IMG/VR virus record: IMGVR_UViG_3300036806_000217
Span: 1 to 64,000 of that record
Length of the DNA stretch: 64,000 bases
Reading direction: 5' to 3' (one strand)
Source: a virus
Positions 45,762-53,354 of the stretch are shown here, one piece after another (positions within the stretch are counted from its first letter, which is position 1; the number at the start of each line of letters is the position of its first letter). The position numbers and the translations under genes were made by a program. The notes under the pieces are model-generated. The model was not told the DNA's origin and did not search any database. It was given only the letters and a program-made list of their open reading frames with translations.

Positions 45762-46175
45762 ATGAGCGACACCACCGCAGCGGACCGCGCATACATCCAG
45801 CACGCCACCAGCGCAGCCCACGCCGCCGGACGCGCCGCAGCTCTACGCGGCATCACCCTCCCCCGCGACGTAGCCCAGCAGATCGCCGACGCCGTCCTCG
45901 GCCACGCCGACAACAAGTACAGCGTCCGCGTCAGCCTCGACCGGCGCGCCTGGCAGCACCCCGACGCCCATGAGCACGCGCTTCAGCAGCTGCGCCGCCA
46001 ACTCCTGGACGAGATCACCAGCCGAGAGCTACTGCCCGTCGCACTGCCCGCCCAGACGCTCACCTACGTGTCGTGGCGGTACGGATCCAACGAGCCCCTC
46101 GCCGCTTCCACTGCCGAGCCGGCCGACTGGGACTCGGTCGAGATCACCCTCACCGTGCCCGTGAGGACGCCATGA
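45762..46175 (+). CDS. Hypothetical protein
   Basis: 137-aa ORF with GC3 bias. Confidence 0.65.
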   Translation: MSDTTAADRAYIQHATSAAHAAGRAAALRGITLPRDVAQQIADAVLGHADNKYSVRVSLDRRAWQHPDAHEHALQQLRRQLLDEITSRELLPVALPAQTLTYVSWRYGSNEPLAASTAEPADWDSVEITLTVPVRTP

Positions 46176-46477
46176 CCCTGTACGACCGTGTCGCCGCCAC
46201 CCCCGACGGTGCCCGCGCCCTCGCCCAGGCCCGACTGCGGCACGAGACCCTGCACCTCCTCTGGGACGCCCAGGCCGCATCCGGGATGAGCGTCGAGCAG
46301 CTGGCGAAGGCGCTGGGCGTGCGGCGTAGGACCGTGCGCCGGGCCTTCGACGGCGACGGGAACCTGCCCGTCGGCACGCTTGCCCGCTACCTGCACGCCA
46401 TGGGGTACGAGGTCGAGCTGCGGGTGGTCGCGGCCGGGGAACCACGGCGGAAGATGATCGACGGGAAGGCATCGTGA
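46172..46477 (+). CDS. XRE HTH protein, HigA-antitoxin-like
   Basis: SGMSVEQLAKALGV....V...FDGDGNL.VGTLARYLHAMGYEV. Confidence 0.75.
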   Translation: MTLYDRVAATPDGARALAQARLRHETLHLLWDAQAASGMSVEQLAKALGVRRRTVRRAFDGDGNLPVGTLARYLHAMGYEVELRVVAAGEPRRKMIDGKAS

Positions 46478-46896
46478 CCGAGCAGTTCGACCCCCACATC
46501 CTGGCCTCCGTGGAGCAGTGGCGTGCCGAGCGCGCAGCAGACACCGCCTGGACCCGCCACCTCCCGCCCGAGGCCCGCGCCGAGATGGACACCGAGCTCG
46601 CCGCGCTGGACGGCGATGCGCGAGCCGTGGCCCTGATCGCCTGGCGCAACACCGCCGCCGTGTACGCCGACCCCGAGCTGCACGCCGCGCTCAGCCGGGA
46701 CGCGGACCGGCAGGCCACGCCCGACCGCGACGGCTACACGTTCGGCGTGTACCTGCCGCCCGGGGTCAGCGAGGAAGTCCGCGACCGGCTCGGGGACCGG
46801 ATCATGGACCTCGTTGCCGACGCCGTCCCCGACGCTGAGGTTGTCGGGCAGGCCGGGGATCCGCTCGGGGCTGTGGACGGGATCGCCCGGCCGTAG
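46474..46896 (+). CDS. Hypothetical protein with antitoxin-like N-terminal region
   Basis: AWTRHLP...E...IAWRNTAAVYADPELHAALSR. Confidence 0.6.
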   Translation: MTEQFDPHILASVEQWRAERAADTAWTRHLPPEARAEMDTELAALDGDARAVALIAWRNTAAVYADPELHAALSRDADRQATPDRDGYTFGVYLPPGVSEEVRDRLGDRIMDLVADAVPDAEVVGQAGDPLGAVDGIARP

Positions 46897-47029
46897 CCGC
46901 TACGCTCGGGGCGCGGTCGCTGACACCCGCAGTTCGGTAGTCCGGACGAGAACGACCCTGGCCGCTGCAAACGAGCCAGGACAACAGGGCGCCCCCGGCC
47001 GATGGTCGGGGGCGCGGCTGCGTGGTGGG

Positions 47030-47863
47030 CTACTCGGACGGCGGGGTGATGACGAACAGAGTGTGCGGCAGGCCCCGGCCGGACGCACCCGGACGCTTGC
47101 CGACCTCCGCAATCAGGCCCTGCTCAAGCAGTGCCCGGACGTTGAGCGCGATTCCAGGCGCGGAGAGCGGGCTGATCTCCGCAAGGTCCGCCCGTGAGAA
47201 GAACTCCGAGCCGAAGCGCTCCCGTGCGACGGCCAGCAGCTTGTGTCCACGCGTATCCGGCGCGTCCCGCCTGGCCAGGTCCGACCGCTGCCCCTGGCGG
47301 ACGTCCCGGCCCGCAAAGAAGGGTTCGATGAGCGGCCACGGGAAGAGCCACATGTTCGCGATGAAGCGCCACTGCTCGCGAGGAACGGGCCAATCCGGGT
47401 CGGACTGCGCGATCTGCATCACGCGGGCCCGGCTCAGGCCAACACGACGGCTGATCTCCGCCACGTTGACCCACTGCCCCTCGTAGGCGTGCCAGTCGAC
47501 GGTCGAGATCCCGACGGCGCCGCTGGCCGAGACGAGCATCGGCGACGGCGTTCGGGAGAGATTGTGCAGCGGTCCTTCCGTCGTGATCGCTTCGACCTCG
47601 GCCACCGCCGCATCCTCGCGGGCGTCGAACCACTCAACGCTGCGCTCGAACCTGAGCGGCCACCACGTCGCCGCCGTGGTTGCGTGCTGGCTCCAGCGCA
47701 GCTTGAGATTGTTCGTGATCCCGACGTACAGGAGCTGGCCAAAGACGTCGTAGAACCGGTACAGCGCGGTCGTTCCGGGCTTGTGCTCCGGGGCGGGTAA
47801 GCCGGTGGACTCCCGCTCGGTCTCGCTAGTCCTCGGGGCTTCCTGGGGCGTGCCCTGTTTCAT
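47030..47863 (-). CDS. GIY-YIG nuclease fused to AlpA-like HTH and winged helix
   Basis: ALYRFYD..GQLLYVGIT.N...RW.QH; VAEISRRVGLSRARV; C-terminal wHTH. Confidence 0.8.
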   Translation of the reverse strand: MKQGTPQEAPRTSETERESTGLPAPEHKPGTTALYRFYDVFGQLLYVGITNNLKLRWSQHATTAATWWPLRFERSVEWFDAREDAAVAEVEAITTEGPLHNLSRTPSPMLVSASGAVGISTVDWHAYEGQWVNVAEISRRVGLSRARVMQIAQSDPDWPVPREQWRFIANMWLFPWPLIEPFFAGRDVRQGQRSDLARRDAPDTRGHKLLAVARERFGSEFFSRADLAEISPLSAPGIALNVRALLEQGLIAEVGKRPGASGRGLPHTLFVITPPSE

Positions 47864-48122
47864 CTGCGGTCTCTTCCTTACGCTCTTCCAGATCGGTCCG
47901 TCGCCCCTGCTTGAGCCCGGCCAAGCGCTGTTCCCAGTACGCCTCCAGGGAGGCGAGGGGGTAGCGAGGCACGGTGCTGCCCGGTGCCATGACTGCTTTC
48001 GGGAACGCCTGATCGGTGGCGGCCAGCCGATGGATGAGCTGTCGGCTGCGCTGTACGTGTGCGGCGAACTCGGTGACGGTCATCGGATCGGGTGGCCCCT
48101 CCTGGCCCGGGGTGGGCGACAT
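47826..48122 (-). CDS. AlpA/excisionase-like HTH protein
   Basis: MTVTEFAAHVQRSRQLIHRLAATDQAFP...QGRRTDL. Confidence 0.7.
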   Translation of the reverse strand: MSPTPGQEGPPDPMTVTEFAAHVQRSRQLIHRLAATDQAFPKAVMAPGSTVPRYPLASLEAYWEQRLAGLKQGRRTDLEERKEETADETGHAPGSPED

Positions 48123-48196
48123 ACGGACATCCTCTCAAGAAGGTGTTGCTGATGTAAAGGAAGTCGCGTAGCTTGGGACTCGCGACAACACGCAAA

Positions 48197-48305
48197 GGCC
48201 CCGACCGCTCGTGACAGATCGGCCGGGGCTGACAACGGGTCGTCCGGGCGGTGACACGCCCGGACGACCCTCAACCCCGACTCGGAGGTGACACTCCGGG
48301 TCGGG
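48197..48305 (+). promoter_or_regulatory. Leader with three hairpins sharing the loop GTGACA
   Basis: Stems 48197-48230, 48237-48270, 48276-48305; loops at 48211, 48251, 48288. Confidence 0.7.
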
Positions 48306-48336
48306 CATCCGCCACCTGATCTCACCAGGAGCGAAC

Positions 48337-48579
48337 ATGCTTGATCGTAGCCAGGAAGTTCCTGGTTCCGGCAGTCCCGCACCGGCCTCCACCCTCGGCG
48401 GCCCGGACACCATCACCGCCGCAGCCGCACGCACCCGACACCTGCGCACCCCCGGCGACCGGAACCAGACCGGGTACGACTTCGACGGCGACGGGCAGCT
48501 CGTGCTCCGCGACGGCTGGGACTCGCACCACGCTGACCGCGCCTTCGGGCAGGGACCGGACGGCGGTAGCGCGGCATGA
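48337..48579 (+). CDS. Hypothetical protein
   Basis: AGGAG RBS; ATGA overlap. Confidence 0.6.
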   Translation: MLDRSQEVPGSGSPAPASTLGGPDTITAAAARTRHLRTPGDRNQTGYDFDGDGQLVLRDGWDSHHADRAFGQGPDGGSAA

Positions 48580-48989
48580 GCGCCGCCGACCCGGACGCCA
48601 ACCCCCGCCTCAAAGCGATCATCGCCCGCCACACCAACGACATCGCATTCCTCGTCCCCGGATGCCCGACCGACGGCAACACCAGCATCGACGGCGTCAC
48701 CCTCGGCGAACTCCTCGCCGACGCCCGCGACCACCTGGAGGCCATCGACGCCGACAACGCCAGCATCCTCAACGCCGCCCTCATCTACCTCGCCGACGCC
48801 CTCGACGCCGACAACGACACCGCCCAAGACGTGCTCCTCAGCTACGTCGACCACTACCTCACCGGCAGCGAAGATTCGGACGGCTTCATGGACGGCGTCG
48901 AAGACATGGCCCGCAAACTCGCCGCCGAGTACGGCCTCAGCTACCCCGACGGCGCCGTGCTCCACGACCAGGCGGCAGGTGCACGATGA
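48576..48989 (+). CDS. Acidic hypothetical protein
   Basis: ATGA overlaps. Confidence 0.7.
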   Translation: MSAADPDANPRLKAIIARHTNDIAFLVPGCPTDGNTSIDGVTLGELLADARDHLEAIDADNASILNAALIYLADALDADNDTAQDVLLSYVDHYLTGSEDSDGFMDGVEDMARKLAAEYGLSYPDGAVLHDQAAGAR

Positions 48990-49309
48990 CCCGCCCCACG
49001 ATCCACGGCGACGGACCCGCCCGCCCCGCCACCGACGCCGAGATCAAAGCCGTCCTCGACCAATACACCGCCGCGGACGGCGCCGTCGACTTCCACGCGC
49101 TCTGGCTCGACGCGCAAGCCAAGGACCGGCAGGACGCGATCGACTACGCCGTCCTCCGCGTCAACCAACTCCTCCAGGCCCTCGCCGACGACACCGGCGA
49201 CTACGCCCAGCGCAACGCCACCGTCGACGACTTCCGCACCGCCGTCCGCCACCTCCGCACGCTCAACAGCGGACACCTGCCCCAGCTCACCGCACGCCAG
49301 GAGGCCTGA
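48986..49309 (+). CDS. Hypothetical protein
   Basis: ATGA overlap. Confidence 0.7.
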   Translation: MTRPTIHGDGPARPATDAEIKAVLDQYTAADGAVDFHALWLDAQAKDRQDAIDYAVLRVNQLLQALADDTGDYAQRNATVDDFRTAVRHLRTLNSGHLPQLTARQEA

Positions 49310-49310
49310 C

Positions 49311-49514
49311 ATGGCCACCGCCGCACCCGACGTCGCCACCGAACTCGACCTCGTCCGTGCCGACGGCATCCGCCACTACTGGCGGGCCGTGGCACTCCTC
49401 GCCGAAGCCGAAGGGCTCCGCGACAGCGACTACAAACACGACCTCATGGAGCGCTGCCAGCGCCACACCGAACTCGCCAAAACCGCAGCACTGCTCACCG
49501 GCAGCAGCAGCTGA
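49311..49514 (+). CDS. Hypothetical protein
   Basis: GGAGG RBS. Confidence 0.65.
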   Translation: MATAAPDVATELDLVRADGIRHYWRAVALLAEAEGLRDSDYKHDLMERCQRHTELAKTAALLTGSSS

Positions 49515-49552
49515 CCCACCCCCCGGGCAACGACACCACGGAGGACCGACCC

Positions 49553-49777
49553 ATGCCATGGAACCCGTTCGCACCCAAGGCGCCCGCCGTCGACACCCGC
49601 TACCACGACGCCGAGCAGCGCCGCCAGGAAGACGCCGCCCACAAACGCCAGGTCGCCGCCGACGCAGCCGCCCGCCAGGAGGCATCCGACGCCTACTACG
49701 CCGAGATCATGCCCCAGCGCCGGGCCCGCCGCGCCGCCTGCACCATGTCCAACCACGACCGCTGCCTCAGCCACTGA
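49553..49777 (+). CDS. Hypothetical protein
   Basis: GGAGG RBS. Confidence 0.6.
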   Translation: MPWNPFAPKAPAVDTRYHDAEQRRQEDAAHKRQVAADAAARQEASDAYYAEIMPQRRARRAACTMSNHDRCLSH

Positions 49778-49909
49778 GCAGCCCCCGAGCGCGGCCGACC
49801 CGACCCCCCGCGCGGGTCGGCCGCACAGCCGGCGCCCGCCCCGCACCCCCGGGCGGGACGGGCGCCACCACCGACCGAGCACGACGACCTGAATGGAAGC
49901 CGACCAGCC

Positions 49910-50806
49910 GTGGCCAAGACCGACGATCACCCGATCCACCCCTACGAGCGCGAGCTCAACATCGCGCTCGCGGTGATGTGCTGGGCCTCGGTAGCGATGG
50001 CCATCGGCTTCGAGGCAACTACGGCACTCCCCCTCGTCGCCAGTGAGCGAGTCCCGGCCGACGTGAGGATCAGCGATCTGATCGCCACGGGTGCCGTGGT
50101 GGCCATGGCCGCCTACGCCCTCCTGCTGGAGTGGGTCAACCGTCACCACCCGTCCCGCCGCCGGGCCTGGCGCCGGTCAGGCTGGTCCTGCCAGGGAGTG
50201 CTACTGGCGATGTGTACCGCCGGCGCCATAGAGAAGCACCACTACCTGGCGCTCCCTTGGATTGCCACGACGGCCGTCATGGGCCTGGGCAGTTGGAACC
50301 TCTGGATGCGTGGCCAACTACTGCCAGCCGAGGACCAGAAGGTCATCAACGAGCTGATCGCAGACAAGGAGCGCCGCGAAAGAGACGCAATCCGCGCCGC
50401 CGAACACCGCCGCCGCGAGACCCGCTTTCAGAAAGTCGCCGCCTCCTACCAGCCGGCCGGAGCCGCACCCCTGAGCGTTCCTGCCCTGAAGCCCGAAGTC
50501 GATCCGAAGCCCTGGCTCATCCCGGATGGAAAGCACAGCCCGGTCGTGTACTTCATCCAGAACGGCGACCGCGTCAAGATCGGCACGACGACGAACCTGC
50601 GCTCCCGGATCAGCGCCCTTTCGTTGCGGCCCACCGACATCGTGCTGCTCGTCAACGGCGGACGACCGTTCGAGCAGGCACTCCACAAGCGCTTCGCCAG
50701 CGTGCGAGTCGGCAACACCGAGTGGTTCGCCAATTCCGGGCCGGTCGCCGAGTACATCGTCATCGAGGCTGCGCGGGCCCGAGCTATCGCCAAGTCGAAG
50801 GGATGA
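49910..50806 (+). CDS. Membrane protein with C-terminal GIY-YIG (T5orf172-like) nuclease
   Basis: About 4 TMs, a coiled coil, then VVYFI..GDRVKIGTT.NL..R....E.ALHKRFA..RV..TEWF. Confidence 0.85.
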   Translation: MAKTDDHPIHPYERELNIALAVMCWASVAMAIGFEATTALPLVASERVPADVRISDLIATGAVVAMAAYALLLEWVNRHHPSRRRAWRRSGWSCQGVLLAMCTAGAIEKHHYLALPWIATTAVMGLGSWNLWMRGQLLPAEDQKVINELIADKERRERDAIRAAEHRRRETRFQKVAASYQPAGAAPLSVPALKPEVDPKPWLIPDGKHSPVVYFIQNGDRVKIGTTTNLRSRISALSLRPTDIVLLVNGGRPFEQALHKRFASVRVGNTEWFANSGPVAEYIVIEAARARAIAKSKG

Positions 50807-51720
50807 CCATGGACGAGATCGACGACGCCCCCGTCGCCTCGCCGGAGACCATCCGGCGCCTCATGCTGTTCGCGGTCATCCTGTCCATCGCCTCGACCGC
50901 CACAGCGTTCTGGCTCTCCTACGAGCACCTCCACGACGTCGCCAGCGGCCATGGCCTCAGCGCAGCCCGCGCCTGGGCATGGCCCGGCACGGTCGACACC
51001 TTCATCATCATCGGCGAGGTGATGATCCTCGTCGCCAACCTTCTCCGCAGGACCGACGGGTGGGCCATCTGCGTAACCGTCATCGGCTCCGTGGGCTCCG
51101 TCGCCCTGAACGTCGCTGGCGTCGGAGCGCACGCGGCGATCATGACGTATATCGTCGCGGCGGTGCCGCCCTGCGGCGCGCTCATGTCCTTCGCGATTCT
51201 CATGCGGCAGATCAAGAAGGTCCTCACTCCACGACGGGACGAGGCGGAGCCGTCGGCGGATGCAACGACGGATCAGCCCATCGCCGACGACGGAGCAGCC
51301 GACGGAAGCCGGCCACCCGTCGTCGGGAAGACCGTCGACCCGACGCCTCCCGACGCGACGGAAGCGGCTCGATCCGTCGTCGAGTCGACGCCTTCCGTCG
51401 ACCTTCCCGACGCTTCCCCCGTCGCTGCATCCGTCGTCGAGAGGCCAGCCCAGCCGCCGACGACTCGTCGGCCGAAGGCGACCCGATCCGCCACCGGGAA
51501 GCGTCCGCCCCGTCGGTCTCTCGACGAGTGGGTGGAGATCGCCGGGCCGATCTTCCACGCCGAGTTCCAGCGCCTCCGCAGGAAGCCGACCGCCAATGAG
51601 TTTGCTCAGGCGATCGACCGGGCCGGCTTCGGCCTGCCCTCGGACACGGTGGCGAAGACGATCCGTTCGGAGATTCTCGACCGCGCGGACGTCCCGGCTC
51701 TGAGTGAGGAGGGGCAATGA
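50803..51720 (+). CDS. DUF2637 (Spd-like) membrane protein with C-terminal DNA-binding helix region
   Basis: AFWLSYEHLHDVA..HG....AWAWP..VD..I..GE; 4 TMs; low-complexity linker. Confidence 0.82.
   Translation: MTMDEIDDAPVASPETIRRLMLFAVILSIASTATAFWLSYEHLHDVASGHGLSAARAWAWPGTVDTFIIIGEVMILVANLLRRTDGWAICVTVIGSVGSVALNVAGVGAHAAIMTYIVAAVPPCGALMSFAILMRQIKKVLTPRRDEAEPSADATTDQPIADDGAADGSRPPVVGKTVDPTPPDATEAARSVVESTPSVDLPDASPVAASVVERPAQPPTTRRPKATRSATGKRPPRRSLDEWVEIAGPIFHAEFQRLRRKPTANEFAQAIDRAGFGLPSDTVAKTIRSEILDRADVPALSEEGQ
51232..51436. repeat. Intragenic CGACGG(A)/(T)CCGTCG repeat cluster
   Basis: About 12 copies in both orientations in the DUF2637 linker. Confidence 0.6.
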
Positions 51721-51741
51721 CGCCTGGCTAGGTGATCTACG

Positions 51742-51825
51742 ACGACGACAGCGACGACGTACCCCTGGGGTACCCCCCGTAGGCCCCTGACCTGACCCTA
51801 TCCCCTCACGACGACAGCGACGACG
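51742..51825 (+). repeat. 18-bp direct repeat pair, candidate cis-acting transfer locus
   Basis: ACGACGACAGCGACGACG at 51742 and 51808, flanking the palindrome GTACCCC-T-GGGGTAC. Confidence 0.65.
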
Positions 51826-51846
51826 ACGCACCTCGAAGGAGACCCC

Positions 51847-53325
51847 GTGGCGGACACTCAGGCGCCGCCCGCGCCCGCACCGCAGACCGTGTACGTTCCC
51901 GTGCCCCAGCCGCCAGCCGTAACGGCGGGCTGGGCGGTTCCGGCTGGGCAGGCCCCGGCGAAGGAGCCGTCCGAGCGGAAGGGTCGCGGCCGCGGGATCC
52001 CGGCAGCGCCGGCATTGGCGGCCGCGGGCAACGCGACGGCGCTCGGCGTCACCTCGGCCTACGCCGCGGGCGGCTGGCCCGGCATGGCCGCAGCGGGCGG
52101 CGCTGCCGTGCTCGCCGCGGGCGGGGCGGTGGTGCACCGGCGCCGAGCGGTGAAGCGCAGCGCGGACATTCGCAAGGCACTGCGGGCCGCGGGCCTCGGC
52201 GGCGGCTCGCTCGGTTCCGGTGGCGGCCGCGGATTCGGCCTCGGTGGCGGGTCGTCTTCGCGCCGTGGCGGGTTGTTCGGTGGCGGGTCGGGTGGCGGCC
52301 GGAAGTCGGCGGCCGCGGGCTCGTCTCGTGGCGCCTCGGGTTCGCGTTCTGGTGGCGGGTCGACGGCTCCGTCCCGTGGCGGCCGCGCGGGTGGGTCGAA
52401 CTCGCCGCGTGCCGGCAAGTCCGGGGCGGGCGCCAGCACCGGTTCGTCCGGTCGCCTGGGTCGGGCCCTGGACCGGATGCTCGGCGGCAGTGGCCAGAAG
52501 GCCGGCGTCGACAAGGCGGCCCGGAAGTCCGCGAGCGAGACCGCTGCGGCGGCGAAGAGCGTCAAGGCGGCGCGGAAGGCGGCGAAGGCCGCGGCGAAGC
52601 AGGCCCGCAAGGATCTCGGCCTGCCGTCCCGCAGCAGCCGGCTCGCCGCGGCGTCCAAGCGCGGCGCCGGCCGTGCCTGGTCCAAGACGGCCAGTCCGCG
52701 GGCGGCTGCCCGTCGCCTCGCCGCCCGGAGCGTGCGGAAGGCCCGCGGCCTCACCGCCGACGGGCTTCGCTCGCTGCGCGCCGGGGTGTGGGGCCTGCTC
52801 AAGCACATGTCCTGGAAGAAGGGCGGCAAGCGGGCCCTGGCCGCGTGGAAGGCGCACCGCGCCAAGCGCAAGACCACCACGCCCGCCGCGCCGCCCACCC
52901 CGCCGATCGCGTCCACCGTCCGCCGACCCGCCAGTACGACCCCCATCCGATCCTCTGGAGGACCCGGCATGTCCGGCTACCACTTCGTCGCACCCGCCAC
53001 GGAAGGCGTCCGCGCCGCCGCGAACTACAACCCCACCGGCATGCTGCAGGTCATCGAGGACTTCGCCGGGCTCTCCGAAGCCCTGGAGCTCCACGCCCAG
53101 GCCATGCGCGTGACCGTCGAGAACGCCGACGCGAAGTTCCCGCTGGCCCCGCAGGTCATCGACGTCATGCGGCAGGTCCACAACCTGCAGCTGAAGGCCG
53201 CCGAGCTCGCCAAGGAGCTCCAGCCCGCATCCCGCAAGCTCCACGAGGCCGACCTCGCCCGCCACTCCAGCCCCCGCAAGGGCCCGCAGGGCGAGCGCAT
53301 GTGGGACATCGCCTCCAACAGCTAG
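51847..53325 (+). CDS. TraA-like transfer-associated protein (TM, Gly/Ser and basic regions, helical C-domain)
   Basis: AAGGAG RBS; position immediately upstream of the FtsK-like gene; C-domain ends ERMWDI. Confidence 0.65.
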   Translation: MADTQAPPAPAPQTVYVPVPQPPAVTAGWAVPAGQAPAKEPSERKGRGRGIPAAPALAAAGNATALGVTSAYAAGGWPGMAAAGGAAVLAAGGAVVHRRRAVKRSADIRKALRAAGLGGGSLGSGGGRGFGLGGGSSSRRGGLFGGGSGGGRKSAAAGSSRGASGSRSGGGSTAPSRGGRAGGSNSPRAGKSGAGASTGSSGRLGRALDRMLGGSGQKAGVDKAARKSASETAAAAKSVKAARKAAKAAAKQARKDLGLPSRSSRLAAASKRGAGRAWSKTASPRAAARRLAARSVRKARGLTADGLRSLRAGVWGLLKHMSWKKGGKRALAAWKAHRAKRKTTTPAAPPTPPIASTVRRPASTTPIRSSGGPGMSGYHFVAPATEGVRAAANYNPTGMLQVIEDFAGLSEALELHAQAMRVTVENADAKFPLAPQVIDVMRQVHNLQLKAAELAKELQPASRKLHEADLARHSSPRKGPQGERMWDIASNS

Positions 53326-53354
53326 TCCGCCGTCGCGCGGAGAAAGGCACGATC

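Noticed and set aside
48197-48305. Mini CRISPR array interpretation of the triple hairpin
   Set aside because: The constant part is only the 6-nt loop, and the variable parts are self-complementary stems, not spacers.
50446-53265. 939-aa minus-strand ORF and many other long antisense ORFs (for example 18141-20003, 53322-55580, 30983-32557)
   Set aside because: Shadow frames of high-GC genes. They have no motifs and overlap well-supported genes on the other strand.
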